DNA from: TPA_inf: Saccharomyces
Taxonomy: Eukaryota
Direction of reading: 5' to 3'
Length of the DNA stretch: 64,000 bases
Assembly (NCBI GenBank): GCA_000146045.2
Contig: BK006945.2
Coordinates: 288,001-352,000 of the forward strand
Made by a program: the position numbers and the translations under genes. This document shows positions 1 through 11,500 of the stretch, piece after piece (within the stretch, counting starts at the first letter, position 1; each line of letters begins with the position of its first letter). The notes under the pieces were generated by a model, which saw only the letters and a program-made list of their open reading frames with translations, had not been told where the DNA came from and ran no database searches.

Positions 1-1250
1 ATTTCATTAATGGACTGATATGGTTATATATGTGTGTGTGGATGGTACACGGAAAAGTGACGCAGAAGGATGAATTGAAATGGAATAAAGGATACTCGCT
101 ACCAAATTTGCTAGAAGTGACAGATCAGCAAAAAGAACTTTCACAATGGACTTTGGGTGACAAAGTAAAACTTGAAGAAGGGAGGTTTGTTTTAACTCCT
201 GGAAAGAACACAAAGGGTTCACTTTGGTTGAAACCTGAATATTCAATAAAGGATGCAATGACAATAGAGTGGACGTTTAGAAGTTTCGGGTTCAGAGGCA
301 GCACAAAGGGGGGTCTTGCATTTTGGCTGAAGCAAGGAAATGAGGGAGATAGTACCGAGTTATTTGGTGGAAGTTCGAAGAAGTTTAATGGTTTGATGAT
401 ATTGTTACGATTAGACGATAAGTTGGGAGAGAGCGTGACAGCGTATTTGAATGACGGAACAAAAGATCTTGATATTGAATCCTCACCGTACTTTGCGTCA
501 TGTCTGTTCCAATACCAGGATTCCATGGTACCATCAACATTAAGATTGACTTACAATCCACTAGATAATCACTTGTTAAAGTTGCAAATGGACAACAGAG
601 TGTGTTTCCAGACAAGGAAAGTTAAATTTATGGGCAGCAGCCCATTTAGGATTGGAACAAGTGCTATCAACGATGCATCCAAAGAATCGTTTGAAATCTT
701 GAAAATGAAGCTTTATGACGGAGTTATAGAGGATTCGCTAATTCCTAACGTGAATCCTATGGGACAACCCAGAGTGGTTACTAAAGTGATCAATTCTCAA
801 ACTGGTGAAGAGAGTTTCAGGGAAAAGATGCCATTTTCTGATAAGGAAGAAAGTATAACGAGTAACGAGCTTTTCGAAAAGATGAACAAGTTGGAGGGGA
901 AAATCATGGCAAATGATATCGATCCATTACTCCGCAAGATGAACAAGATTGTGGAGAATGAACGTGAACTGATTCAACGTTTAAGACCACTGTTAGATCT
1001 GAAGAAAACAGCCATAAGTGACGATAGTTTCCAAGATTTTCTTTCGATGAACGCAAACCTGGACAGATTGATAAAAGAACAAGAAAAAATTCGACAAGAT
1101 GCCAAGCTGTATGGCAAGCAGACCAAAGGTCATGATGAGATATTTTCCAAAATAAGTGTATGGTTGGCACTGCTGATTTTCATTATGATCACATTGGCGT
1201 ACTACATGTTTAGAATTAACCAAGACATCAAGAAGGTCAAACTTCTGTAA
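1..1250 (+). CDS. EMP46: EMP46, ER-Golgi cargo receptor with an L-type lectin domain. The 5' end is truncated by the window edge; the reading frame is open from position 3.
   Basis: The long ORF ending at 1250 stays in frame with no stop back to the window start. The track start at 30 is only the first in-window M. The position immediately upstream of GAL2 matches the YLR080W/YLR081W arrangement. The C-terminal TM segment and KKVKLL-like tail are typical of the Emp46/47 family. Confidence 0.75.
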   Translation, partial: FINGLIWLYMCVWMVHGKVTQKDELKWNKGYSLPNLLEVTDQQKELSQWTLGDKVKLEEGRFVLTPGKNTKGSLWLKPEYSIKDAMTIEWTFRSFGFRGSTKGGLAFWLKQGNEGDSTELFGGSSKKFNGLMILLRLDDKLGESVTAYLNDGTKDLDIESSPYFASCLFQYQDSMVPSTLRLTYNPLDNHLLKLQMDNRVCFQTRKVKFMGSSPFRIGTSAINDASKESFEILKMKLYDGVIEDSLIPNVNPMGQPRVVTKVINSQTGEESFREKMPFSDKEESITSNELFEKMNKLEGKIMANDIDPLLRKMNKIVENERELIQRLRPLLDLKKTAISDDSFQDFLSMNANLDRLIKEQEKIRQDAKLYGKQTKGHDEIFSKISVWLALLIFIMITLAYYMFRINQDIKKVKLL

Positions 1251-1681
1251 GCTCTTGTGTCTTTGTTATATGGGTACAAGATATAAGAAACATAACTATT
1301 ACATACGAAAATGTGCATGTTATCTATATCCTTCTTTATATAGATGCTGTTAACTTCTTTTTTTTTTTTTGGGAAAATCAACTGTTAAACGCGACAGTAA
1401 AAGCAGCAAAACATTAATTTTGCTTCCAAGACGACAGTAATATGTCTCCTACAATACCAGTTTCGCTGCAGAAGGCACATCTATTACATTTACTGAGCAT
1501 AACGGGCTGTACTAATCCAAGGAGGTTTACGGACCAGGGGAACTTTCCAGATTCAGATCACAGCAATATAGGACTAGAAAATATCAGGTAGCCGCACTCA
1601 ACTTGTAACTGGCAACTACTTTGCATCAAACTCCAATTAAATGCGGTAGAATCTTTTCACAAAAGGTACTCAACGTCAATT

Positions 1682-1900
1682 CGGAAAGCTTCCTTCCGGA
1701 ATGGCTTAAGTAGGTTGCAATTTCTTTTTCTATTAGTAGCTAAAAATGGGTCACGTGATCTATATTCGAAAGGGGCGGTTGCCTCAGGAAGGCACCGGCG
1801 GTCTTTCGTCCGTGCGGAGATATCTGCGCCGTTCAGGGGTCCATGTGCCTTGGACGATATTAAGGCAGAAGGCAGTATCGGGGCGGATCACTCCGAACCG
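1682..1900. promoter_or_regulatory. UAS-GAL: a cluster of Gal4 binding sites (CGG-N11-CCG) at about 1682-1698, 1796-1812, 1815-1831, 1879-1895 and an overlapping 1884-1900. A CACGTG E-box lies at about 1753-1758.
   Basis: The 17-mers read directly from sequence are cggaaagcttccttccg, cggcggtctttcgtccg, cggagatatctgcgccg, cggggcggatcactccg and cggatcactccgaaccg. All have exactly 11 nt between the CGG and CCG triplets. The cluster sits about 300-530 bp upstream of the GAL2 ATG. Confidence 0.8.
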
Positions 1901-2071
1901 AGATTAGTTAAGCCCTTCCCATCTCAAGATGGGGAGCAAATGGCATTATACTCCTGCTAGAAAGTTAACTGTGCACATATTCTTAAATTATACAACATTC
2001 TGGAGAGCTATTGTTCAAAAAACAAACATTTCGCAGGCTAAAATGTGGAGATAGGATAAGTTTTGTAGACA

Positions 2072-2079
2072 TATATAAA
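2072..2079 (+). promoter_or_regulatory. Candidate GAL2 TATA box (TATATAAA), about 135 bp upstream of the ATG.
   Basis: The sequence atatataaac lies between the UAS-GAL cluster and the GAL2 start codon. Confidence 0.5.
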
Positions 2080-2211
2080 CAATCAGTAATTGGATTGAAA
2101 ATTTGGTGTTGTGAATTGCTCTTCATTATGCACCTTATTCAATTATCATCAAGAATAGTAATAGTTAAGTAAACACAAGATTAACATAATAAAAAAAATA
2201 ATTCTTTCATA

Positions 2212-3936
2212 ATGGCAGTTGAGGAGAACAATATGCCTGTTGTTTCACAGCAACCCCAAGCTGGTGAAGACGTGATCTCTTCACTCAGTAAAGATTCCCA
2301 TTTAAGCGCACAATCTCAAAAGTATTCTAATGATGAATTGAAAGCCGGTGAGTCAGGGTCTGAAGGCTCCCAAAGTGTTCCTATAGAGATACCCAAGAAG
2401 CCCATGTCTGAATATGTTACCGTTTCCTTGCTTTGTTTGTGTGTTGCCTTCGGCGGCTTCATGTTTGGCTGGGATACCGGTACTATTTCTGGGTTTGTTG
2501 TCCAAACAGACTTTTTGAGAAGGTTTGGTATGAAACATAAGGATGGTACCCACTATTTGTCAAACGTCAGAACAGGTTTAATCGTCGCCATTTTCAATAT
2601 TGGCTGTGCCTTTGGTGGTATTATACTTTCCAAAGGTGGAGATATGTATGGCCGTAAAAAGGGTCTTTCGATTGTCGTCTCGGTTTATATAGTTGGTATT
2701 ATCATTCAAATTGCCTCTATCAACAAGTGGTACCAATATTTCATTGGTAGAATCATATCTGGTTTGGGTGTCGGCGGCATCGCCGTCTTATGTCCTATGT
2801 TGATCTCTGAAATTGCTCCAAAGCACTTGAGAGGCACACTAGTTTCTTGTTATCAGCTGATGATTACTGCAGGTATCTTTTTGGGCTACTGTACTAATTA
2901 CGGTACAAAGAGCTATTCGAACTCAGTTCAATGGAGAGTTCCATTAGGGCTATGTTTCGCTTGGTCATTATTTATGATTGGCGCTTTGACGTTAGTTCCT
3001 GAATCCCCACGTTATTTATGTGAGGTGAATAAGGTAGAAGACGCCAAGCGTTCCATTGCTAAGTCTAACAAGGTGTCACCAGAGGATCCTGCCGTCCAGG
3101 CAGAGTTAGATCTGATCATGGCCGGTATAGAAGCTGAAAAACTGGCTGGCAATGCGTCCTGGGGGGAATTATTTTCCACCAAGACCAAAGTATTTCAACG
3201 TTTGTTGATGGGTGTGTTTGTTCAAATGTTCCAACAATTAACCGGTAACAATTATTTTTTCTACTACGGTACCGTTATTTTCAAGTCAGTTGGCCTGGAT
3301 GATTCCTTTGAAACATCCATTGTCATTGGTGTAGTCAACTTTGCCTCCACTTTCTTTAGTTTGTGGACTGTCGAAAACTTGGGACATCGTAAATGTTTAC
3401 TTTTGGGCGCTGCCACTATGATGGCTTGTATGGTCATCTACGCCTCTGTTGGTGTTACTAGATTATATCCTCACGGTAAAAGCCAGCCATCTTCTAAAGG
3501 TGCCGGTAACTGTATGATTGTCTTTACCTGTTTTTATATTTTCTGTTATGCCACAACCTGGGCGCCAGTTGCCTGGGTCATCACAGCAGAATCATTCCCA
3601 CTGAGAGTCAAGTCGAAATGTATGGCGTTGGCCTCTGCTTCCAATTGGGTATGGGGGTTCTTGATTGCATTTTTCACCCCATTCATCACATCTGCCATTA
3701 ACTTCTACTACGGTTATGTCTTCATGGGCTGTTTGGTTGCCATGTTTTTTTATGTCTTTTTCTTTGTTCCAGAAACTAAAGGCCTATCGTTAGAAGAAAT
3801 TCAAGAATTATGGGAAGAAGGTGTTTTACCTTGGAAATCTGAAGGCTGGATTCCTTCATCCAGAAGAGGTAATAATTACGATTTAGAGGATTTACAACAT
3901 GACGACAAACCGTGGTACAAGGCCATGCTAGAATAA
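2212..3936 (+). CDS. GAL2: Galactose permease, an HXT-family MFS sugar transporter of 574 aa.
   Basis: Full-length 574-aa ORF. The N-terminus [24 protein letters not shown] and the sugar-transporter signatures (GRR/K loop, PESPR, PETKG) are recognised as Gal2p. The ATG start and upstream Gal4 sites agree. Confidence 0.95.
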   Translation: MAVEENNMPVVSQQPQAGEDVISSLSKDSHLSAQSQKYSNDELKAGESGSEGSQSVPIEIPKKPMSEYVTVSLLCLCVAFGGFMFGWDTGTISGFVVQTDFLRRFGMKHKDGTHYLSNVRTGLIVAIFNIGCAFGGIILSKGGDMYGRKKGLSIVVSVYIVGIIIQIASINKWYQYFIGRIISGLGVGGIAVLCPMLISEIAPKHLRGTLVSCYQLMITAGIFLGYCTNYGTKSYSNSVQWRVPLGLCFAWSLFMIGALTLVPESPRYLCEVNKVEDAKRSIAKSNKVSPEDPAVQAELDLIMAGIEAEKLAGNASWGELFSTKTKVFQRLLMGVFVQMFQQLTGNNYFFYYGTVIFKSVGLDDSFETSIVIGVVNFASTFFSLWTVENLGHRKCLLLGAATMMACMVIYASVGVTRLYPHGKSQPSSKGAGNCMIVFTCFYIFCYATTWAPVAWVITAESFPLRVKSKCMALASASNWVWGFLIAFFTPFITSAINFYYGYVFMGCLVAMFFYVFFFVPETKGLSLEEIQELWEEGVLPWKSEGWIPSSRRGNNYDLEDLQHDDKPWYKAMLE

Positions 3937-4393
3937 TGCGTTTGAAGTGAGACGCTCCATCATCTCTCTTAATTTTTCATGACTGACGTTTTTTCTTCAT
4001 TTTAATTATCATAGTATTTGTTTGAAAAAAAAAAAAAAAAATTTCCCTTATCAATGATATCCTTACGATTATATAAATTCCTTACCTAAACCTATTATTT
4101 GTGTACATATATCAGAGTATTATTACATATATAACCTTTTTCTCTAAAACAGGAAAAAAAAAAGAAAACGATAACATGCTCTGCCATCCTTTGTTCACCG
4201 AGCAAAATTAAAAACGCAAAATGAATTGTCCCTATGAAATTATTAAAGGACCACATCACCAGACTTATCTCTGGGGGGTCCTCTAGAAAATAAGTCAGGT
4301 ACTTGCCTGGACTTTCTTCCAGTTGAATTCCTGAGCTAACATACAATTAATGGAGTGAGAATGTTCGAACGATCCAGGAGTTGCTTTTTTCAG

Positions 4394-5572
4394 TCATTTG
4401 TTTATCAGTGTAACAAGCATTTCCTTTATTTCTTTTATATCAACCTGCAACCTATTAATATTCAATTCAACGTCTCGGAGCTTTTCTCGTACCGTTTTAC
4501 CATCATCCATTTCCATGCTAACTAATTCTGAGATTACGATTACATATTGTCTCAGTTCTGGTTCATCAATGGCTGATAAAACTTTCATTACATTTTGGAA
4601 AAAATCTTCGTCATTTAGGTCTAAAGTCAGGATTTGGTTCCTTATAGACTCTCTACGATCTTTTTTCAAGTTTTTTTCTGAAGAAATATGTCCATTTTCA
4701 TTAGTGACAGCGGTAGAGTCCTCTTCCGCTCGAACCAAACTATCACTGCCGGTGTTTTCCTCTCGAAAGGGTTTGTCTTTACCAATGGAAAGACGCCCGT
4801 CTTCTGCGCTTTCATATAATTTGACAGTGGCTATATTGAACTGTTCTTGCAAATCGCCAGTTTTGGCATCCCCTACCCAACCTTTTTCATGCAATTCCTT
4901 TCCTTGAGTGACCCAAGCGACGAGGTTATCTCTAATATATCTTGAAGTTATAGGTACTCTTGATTTCTCCTTATAAACTCTGTTAAAAAACTCAGCTATC
5001 ATTTGATGACATAATATAGGTCTCCTTTTACTTGCTCTCTTTGTTGTGTGGAGCAAGAGGGCCCAATATATGACTGTTAACTTTTCACAAAGACTTTTTT
5101 CTTTATTATTGGACCATCGAAACTTCCTTAGTTGCCTTGTTTCCGCTTCGTCATTACTGTTTCCCCCCAAGTCTGTGGGGGCTCCAACGTGCAATATGTC
5201 GTTGTCAATATCACTAGAAGTATGAGTTTCCACATTCAACTTGGTATTAGTAGTGTTAATTCTTTTATTAAAGCAAATAGTATGTGTAGATTGCAGGAGG
5301 TCGAAGCTCTTCGGATTGGCAAAATCAATATTCTGCTCTATAATTTTCACAGGTTTTGTTGGCAGTATTTGTGCAATTCCTGTCATTGAGTTTCTAAATA
5401 CATTCTTTTGGTCATATTTTGAAGTGCTCTTTTTGCTTTTATGTACTTTTTTTGAAGAGGACGCATTCACATTTGTTACTTCCAATTTCTCTTCCTCCAT
5501 TTTTGGCGTTTCAGAGGGCTTTCCGTAATAATCTTCAAAGGAATTTAAAGTAAAATTCTTAAAGTTGGACAT
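4394..5572 (-). CDS. SRL2: SRL2 (YLR082C), suppressor of rad53 lethality, 392 aa.
   Basis: A 392-aa ORF converging on the GAL2 3' end. Length and position match YLR082C. Confidence 0.8.
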   Translation of the reverse strand: MSNFKNFTLNSFEDYYGKPSETPKMEEEKLEVTNVNASSSKKVHKSKKSTSKYDQKNVFRNSMTGIAQILPTKPVKIIEQNIDFANPKSFDLLQSTHTICFNKRINTTNTKLNVETHTSSDIDNDILHVGAPTDLGGNSNDEAETRQLRKFRWSNNKEKSLCEKLTVIYWALLLHTTKRASKRRPILCHQMIAEFFNRVYKEKSRVPITSRYIRDNLVAWVTQGKELHEKGWVGDAKTGDLQEQFNIATVKLYESAEDGRLSIGKDKPFREENTGSDSLVRAEEDSTAVTNENGHISSEKNLKKDRRESIRNQILTLDLNDEDFFQNVMKVLSAIDEPELRQYVIVISELVSMEMDDGKTVREKLRDVELNINRLQVDIKEIKEMLVTLINK

Positions 5573-6090
5573 CCAAAAGGATCTTCACAATATAAGCGTT
5601 TTTCTGTCCACCAGCTTCAACAAGCTTCAGCCTACTACCAATTTCTAATACTGTTTTATCTTATTACTTGCTTACTTATCCACTCCCATTGTTTTGTCCT
5701 AGATGACAGCATCACCCGGACTGAATATTAAAGCGTCAGTGTCACTTATTTTAAGTCATAATCAAGTCCTTTTAATGTGGCTATAGATTAACCCTGTACA
5801 CTAAAGCTGTATATTATTTCCTTAAAGGAGCATTTATTCCCAAACTGTAACGCAGAATGTCATTCCAGAATCATGGAAAAAAGATTCAAATAAATAAATG
5901 TATATACACCAAAAATTACAACTTCGAATCCTATAGTACTTTTAATCTTTTTGAAAAAAATATTACTAAAAACTATGTATCATGTCCAAAGGCCATAGGG
6001 CCTAGCATTTTCTTTGTTAAAAAAGATAAACAGTAGAGAAATAAATAAAAAACGCCCTAACCCAACATATAGGACCTCTTTTTCGTTGGC

Positions 6091-8094
6091 CTAGTCAACT
6101 TTAATGGATGAGTAGATTTTTCTAACAAAGAGCATACTGCTGATAAAGCCAATTGACCCCGTTACCAAACAGCAGAGTAATGAAATGACTGAGGAGTATC
6201 CCACGTATAAGACAATAGTCGTGAATCCACCCAACTTAAATTTGGTGAATAAAATAGAATGAATAAACACATACAAAGCACAACCGGCGCCTCCAATTAT
6301 GAATCCTCTCCATTGCCACTTCCAGTTCTCCAGGCATAAGGAATGATAAGTGATCAAAATAGTGACGAGTGAACTTGTCAAAGTTAATAGGAGGAAAGAG
6401 AAAAAGAGGAAACCAAACATGTAAAAAATCTTATTAAACCATAAACTTGTGTATATGAAATACAACTCAACGGCGATGGAGCCAAATGGAAAGATACCAG
6501 CAATCAAAGTAGCTGGTATAGTCTTTAAATACCAAGGCTGGAAGGGTATTTGTCTTGCGATTTGGTTTGTCTTGGTTGGATGTTCATCCCAGTGACATCT
6601 TTTCCTGGCAATCAATGAACCAGCAAATGATAATGGGATTGAGAACAAAAACCATAGAAAAACCATAAAAAACAGAGTACTTGCTGGTATGACACCAGAA
6701 GAATGAACAAACATTAAGAAAAAGTTCAACGCAATAATTATTAGCAGAATAGCACCAGGAACTAGAAGTGGAGTCAATATCAAGTTTGCCTTCCAGTATG
6801 GCCCATTGAAAAATTTGTAGATGCCCATAGATGTATAAGAGCCGACAAACCCGAATAATGCATATAAGATAAACATAACAGTGGCTAAGGAACCTCTAGA
6901 ACTAGGTGATAGGAAACCCAATGCAGCGAAGAAGATACTGCAAGTTACCATCAAAAATAATTGAACTCCTGAACCAACCAAAATTGAAAGGGTTAGCGAT
7001 TGACTTGGCGAACGAAAAACATCACCATGATTCAATTTCCAACCCGAATCTTCTTGAAAATCATCGTCCAAATTTAACTCGTTGTAACGTGCGAAATCAC
7101 TTTTCAGTGCGCGCAATAGCGAATGGATAACAACAGATGACAATAAGACAACAACTAAGGAGAAATTTATCAAAGAAAACCATTGAATAGAAGGATCATA
7201 TACGTGTAAATATTTGTCCCACCTGGTGGCCCAAGAAGTCGCTGATTCATTGAATTTAACGGAATAAGTAAAATAAACTTCATTATCATTTCCTTCGTCT
7301 AGCATCAATGGGCTGCCAGTCGTTTCACATGTACCTGGACTGGAACGTTTTATGGAAACCGGTTCGACGATAACACCAACTACACGATAGTTACCTTCAC
7401 CACGATCGTGATATTCAATCATAATATCGAAATGGTTGGCAAAGTAAGGCAATTCGTAAGTTTTCACCATGTTACGATCATTACGTGTTTCCAATTCCAC
7501 ATCCTTATCGGTGGTTTCTGCCCCTTTTGGAGTAGCCTCAATGTCGGTTCCTTGAGTTACCTGTACAAAACCAAGGTTGAAGCCAGCACCATAAAAACTA
7601 GTCTTAGTTCTGCCATCATAAACCTCTCTTGCAGCCGGTAATCCATCAATAAGCCAGTTTTGGAAGAAGCCATTTTTTATCAATTTATTGATGAATTTAG
7701 CATCATCTCCCGGAATTACGGTCTTACACAGGGATTCACACTCTTTTTCTTGTAACATATTCAATTGGAATGGTGAATTATAAATTCGATCACCAAATAT
7801 AACGGATCCCAAGGATTCAGGTTGCTTTTCGACTTTTTCAGGCTGACAAAAATGGAATCTATTGTAATAGTAGTCGTATGAGTACAAGAAATTTTCTTTA
7901 TCGCCAGAAACGTTATTACCGTCCTCATCTTTGTGTTGATAATTCATTGATGGAGTTAAATGATTAACGAGCAATGGGATGTTGTCATTTTCCCTGTAAG
8001 TGGTAGGCGCTACACCTGGTAAATAGAAGGCTTTGACTGTTGACACAAAAAAATACAACAACAAAAGCTGTACGTGTGCCATTTTGTAAATCAT
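6091..8094 (-). CDS. EMP70: EMP70, a TM9SF (nonaspanin) family endosomal membrane protein of 667 aa.
   Basis: A 667-aa ORF with an N-terminal signal peptide, a luminal domain and nine C-terminal hydrophobic segments typical of TM9SF proteins. Size and position match YLR083C. Confidence 0.9.
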   Translation of the reverse strand: MIYKMAHVQLLLLYFFVSTVKAFYLPGVAPTTYRENDNIPLLVNHLTPSMNYQHKDEDGNNVSGDKENFLYSYDYYYNRFHFCQPEKVEKQPESLGSVIFGDRIYNSPFQLNMLQEKECESLCKTVIPGDDAKFINKLIKNGFFQNWLIDGLPAAREVYDGRTKTSFYGAGFNLGFVQVTQGTDIEATPKGAETTDKDVELETRNDRNMVKTYELPYFANHFDIMIEYHDRGEGNYRVVGVIVEPVSIKRSSPGTCETTGSPLMLDEGNDNEVYFTYSVKFNESATSWATRWDKYLHVYDPSIQWFSLINFSLVVVLLSSVVIHSLLRALKSDFARYNELNLDDDFQEDSGWKLNHGDVFRSPSQSLTLSILVGSGVQLFLMVTCSIFFAALGFLSPSSRGSLATVMFILYALFGFVGSYTSMGIYKFFNGPYWKANLILTPLLVPGAILLIIIALNFFLMFVHSSGVIPASTLFFMVFLWFLFSIPLSFAGSLIARKRCHWDEHPTKTNQIARQIPFQPWYLKTIPATLIAGIFPFGSIAVELYFIYTSLWFNKIFYMFGFLFFSFLLLTLTSSLVTILITYHSLCLENWKWQWRGFIIGGAGCALYVFIHSILFTKFKLGGFTTIVLYVGYSSVISLLCCLVTGSIGFISSMLFVRKIYSSIKVD

Positions 8095-8588
8095 TCTGTT
8101 TTGTTTTCCTTTCGGTACTTGCTCTCTGCTACTAAATTAATATCTGAAAATATAACGGTAGCAGATGAAGGAAAAGCTGGACAAGGAGCCAAAAATTAAC
8201 TTAACTAACGTACCAAAAAAAGATACAAATAAAAACAACAAAGCAGTTCAAAAACCTTGAATTACCTTTTTGTTTATCATTAGGCCTATTTCTTCGAACC
8301 GATGACATTTTTCATGGCTTCACCAAGTAAAGAAAAATTGCCGTGAAAAAAATTTAAAGGGCTGTAACCCGGACTTTTGTATTATAAGTTAAAATCACTC
8401 ATTCTCAGGCAGTATTGGTAACATTCCAAGTGACTTCCAATACGTGTTGAATTTACTACTAACATTCCAGTGCAAGTAGTAATTTTTATTAAGTTTTGAT
8501 CAACTTAGGATTTTCCTATTTTATTTTTGTTTATTATATTAAGTGTTCATTATTTTAAGTAGTTATATATTATATAATACAACCCCGA

Positions 8589-11500
8589 TTAGACAAACTT
8601 CATAAGTTTTTCGGGTGGGACGGTATCAAGCATTTCATTCTCATCAATTCGCGGTTTAATGGGCTTATAATCACCCTCTGGATCCTTAAACACGTAGGCA
8701 AGAATGACGCCTGCAATACCAAGGACAGAAACTGTCCCTAATGCTAGTGCAAGACCAATTAAAACGACAAAACCACGACCTATTTTCTTCTTCTTCGATT
8801 TTGATTTAGATTCACTGCTTGCCGATGAAGATGGAGGCTGGGATGATGTTGACTGAGGACTTGTCACAGTAATGTTCACATTGGCAAGTGGTGACTGAGA
8901 GTTGAATTCAGTTGAAACGTCTCTATTAATAAAAATTATTGGATTGTAATTGGAAGTATTTGTTGTTTCTGAAATAAAATATGGGGTCCATTTTTGGAAA
9001 TCAAACAACAAACTTTGTAGGTATCCGTATTGCGAAATATTAAAATTACCATTAAGTAAGAGGATACTGCCATTATTAACATTGTTGATTCCTCTCTTGT
9101 TCAAAGTGTTGGATTCAATATCTGTGTATATAGCTGAAACAGAGCTAATAGAGCTAGCATTGCCAGGTAACGAGGTAATATTCCATTCTTGGTTTCTATA
9201 GATAAATAATGAAGTATCATTCCATGCCACTATGGAGTCTTCAGTGACAGTAAACGAATTCAGTTTCCCTTCAGAACCACTCAATAATGGAATCATAGTA
9301 GAATTGGTTAAGTTAAAGGATCCTAAACGTATAGATTGGTATTCTTTTGTTTCAAAAAGGCCTGAGATAATTAATTCTGATGAGTTGGTGAAGGAAAGTT
9401 GTGTGATTTCACCAAAAATCGTGTTATTGAGGAAGGTAGACCAAGTTTTGCTTTCATAATTGTATAGACATAATCCGGTGCAATTCGGCTCAGTCATTTG
9501 GAAATCTCCGCCGACAAGCATACTACAGTTTTTTTCAAAGTTAACTAAAGCATTTATTCTAGCATTTGATCCTAGTGTTTCATTAGCAATCATGGTCAAA
9601 TTTCTCAAATCAAAAATCGACAGTTCTGCTGTGGTTGAAGATCCTGCACTGACAGCTAGTAAAGTTTGATTATCAGCGTATAGCATTTGAGTAATACCGC
9701 TAGACCAATTCCAGGAAGGATAAACTTCATTAGAAAAATAAATTTTGTTTAGAGAATCCACCTCATATGCATATGCCGTGGCAGACTCATTTAAATAAGC
9801 TCCCAGGTAAGGTACAATACCCCCTTCTAGGTTAAGTGGCTCTATTTCATTTTCGTTCAAAAAACGTACAGACCCATTCAAATTACCATATTGCATATGA
9901 GATACTGCACCTGAAAACAAAACATCGCCATCGCCATTGTTACCAGCCGCCCAAAGTGATAGACTAAAGGAACTGGAGTTCCGTATAAGCGCATTGGAAG
10001 ATGCATTGACCACATAATCGTTATCAAGAACAATAAAGTCGTTATTTGCAAGACTTATATTAAGGGCACTATTCACTGTCCTCGATTGGTTGAAGACATT
10101 CTCAAATGATCCATTAAACAAAAAAACAGCTGATTGATTATTTGATGAAAGAATATCTCCAAATATTAGTAAACCTTGGTTAGTTTTCGTTATACCATGT
10201 ACATCACCTTGAATGGTTTGGTTTTTACTTGATGTAACCTCAAAGTCGTCATTAAGGTCGACAATGGAAATACGGTTGCTTACTCCACCAATTACTAATT
10301 TGTTATCGTAAATGTCAGCATAAAGGGAAGAATTTTTAGGGTAATTTTTTACTGGGAAAAGATTCAAAGTAGTATTACCTACCTTTGTTTCGTTCAATCT
10401 CGTGCTGGTAAAGTTTGATTTCTGGTATTGGAGAATACCATTCAATAAAGTTTCTTTTTTAGCGTTGCTAGAATCTGAAAGTGTGTTAAAAGCATCTAAA
10501 GAAACAGTAATGACATTAACTTGATCTGCCACGACCACTGTTGCAGTGTTGGTTGTATAAATTCCTGAGACATACTCCAAAACGATCTCCGGTGAGAAAT
10601 CTAGATATCCCGAGTAGATTTGATCATATTTTAGATTATCATTATTCTGGTAAATCAAGTACGTCTTCATTATTGTGTTATTTTGTTGATTCCACATGGT
10701 CACGTTTACAATACCTCTTGCGGAGCACGTATTATCCTGAAGACACCCTGGTGTATACATGTTGATAGTGTAGTGACCGGGGTGGATAATGTTTGGGTAA
10801 AACTTTACGCGTGGAATTGGCTCATTTTGATCTGGAACATATTTCGCGGCTATATAACTTTCACCTGTTAGACCATTATACCAATCATTGCTCGACAATG
10901 TAGATGACGACGAATCATTGGTAAGCGCGCTGCAGCCATATTCGTTGAGAGAATCATTAGCATAAGTGGAGAATGTGTCCTGATAGAGCTCCAAACCGGA
11001 TAATCCAACACTACCACCGTATGAATTTAATGCTACAAATTTTAACGATGAAACGGGAAGTTCATTCACAAACGCAAAGTCTTGGAAATCTGACGTCCAT
11101 TTTACGTCTGTCTTGTTGTTATCGATGAAGGTAATCATGTCCATGGATGAAGATACATTTTGGCTTGCTGATAATAAAGTGGCTCGGCTATACAAAGGGC
11201 AAAATTCACCGCAATTCTTCAACTCCCCACTTAGTGGGTCCAGATACGTTAAATTCATTATGCTACTGGATGGATCAGTCAGAATTTGGAACACGGAGAT
11301 TTCACTATCGGAACGTTGGGAATTATAAAGCCTTATTTTTGTTGGTGAAACTTCATATGGTAAATTACAAACTAGAGACCCAGACGTATCCGGATAAAGC
11401 CATGCATCCTCATTAGTGTTAGGACAAACTAACGAATCAGATGCAAACGTTGTACTTCCCTGGGAATCCCAGGAAGCGTACCTCAGTGGAATTCGTTGGC

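Noticed and set aside
1251-1700. A possible ARS: I vaguely recall an origin near chrXII 289 kb, which would fall in the EMP46-GAL2 spacer.
   Set aside because: I could not find an 11/11 match to the ACS (WTTTAYRTTTW) by eye, and I cannot run a PWM scan here. I am not calling it.
1715-1960. An 81-aa plus-strand ORF between EMP46 and GAL2.
   Set aside because: It lies exactly over the GC-rich Gal4-site cluster (the UAS-GAL) and has no codon-usage or functional signal. It is a by-product of the CGG/CCG-rich regulatory DNA.
2079-2150. A minus-strand UUGAUGA ... CUGA pair resembling C/D boxes in the GAL2 core promoter.
   Set aside because: The C box is non-consensus (R position is U), there is no terminal stem, and it overlaps the TATA and initiator region of GAL2. 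I treat it as coincidence.
8440-8470. TACTAAC followed 7 nt later by CAG on the plus strand (ttTACTAACattcCAGtg), resembling a branch point plus 3' splice site.
   Set aside because: There is no upstream GUAUGU donor and no plus-strand gene here. It sits in the EMP70 promoter / RAX2 3' region, and neither gene is known to be spliced.
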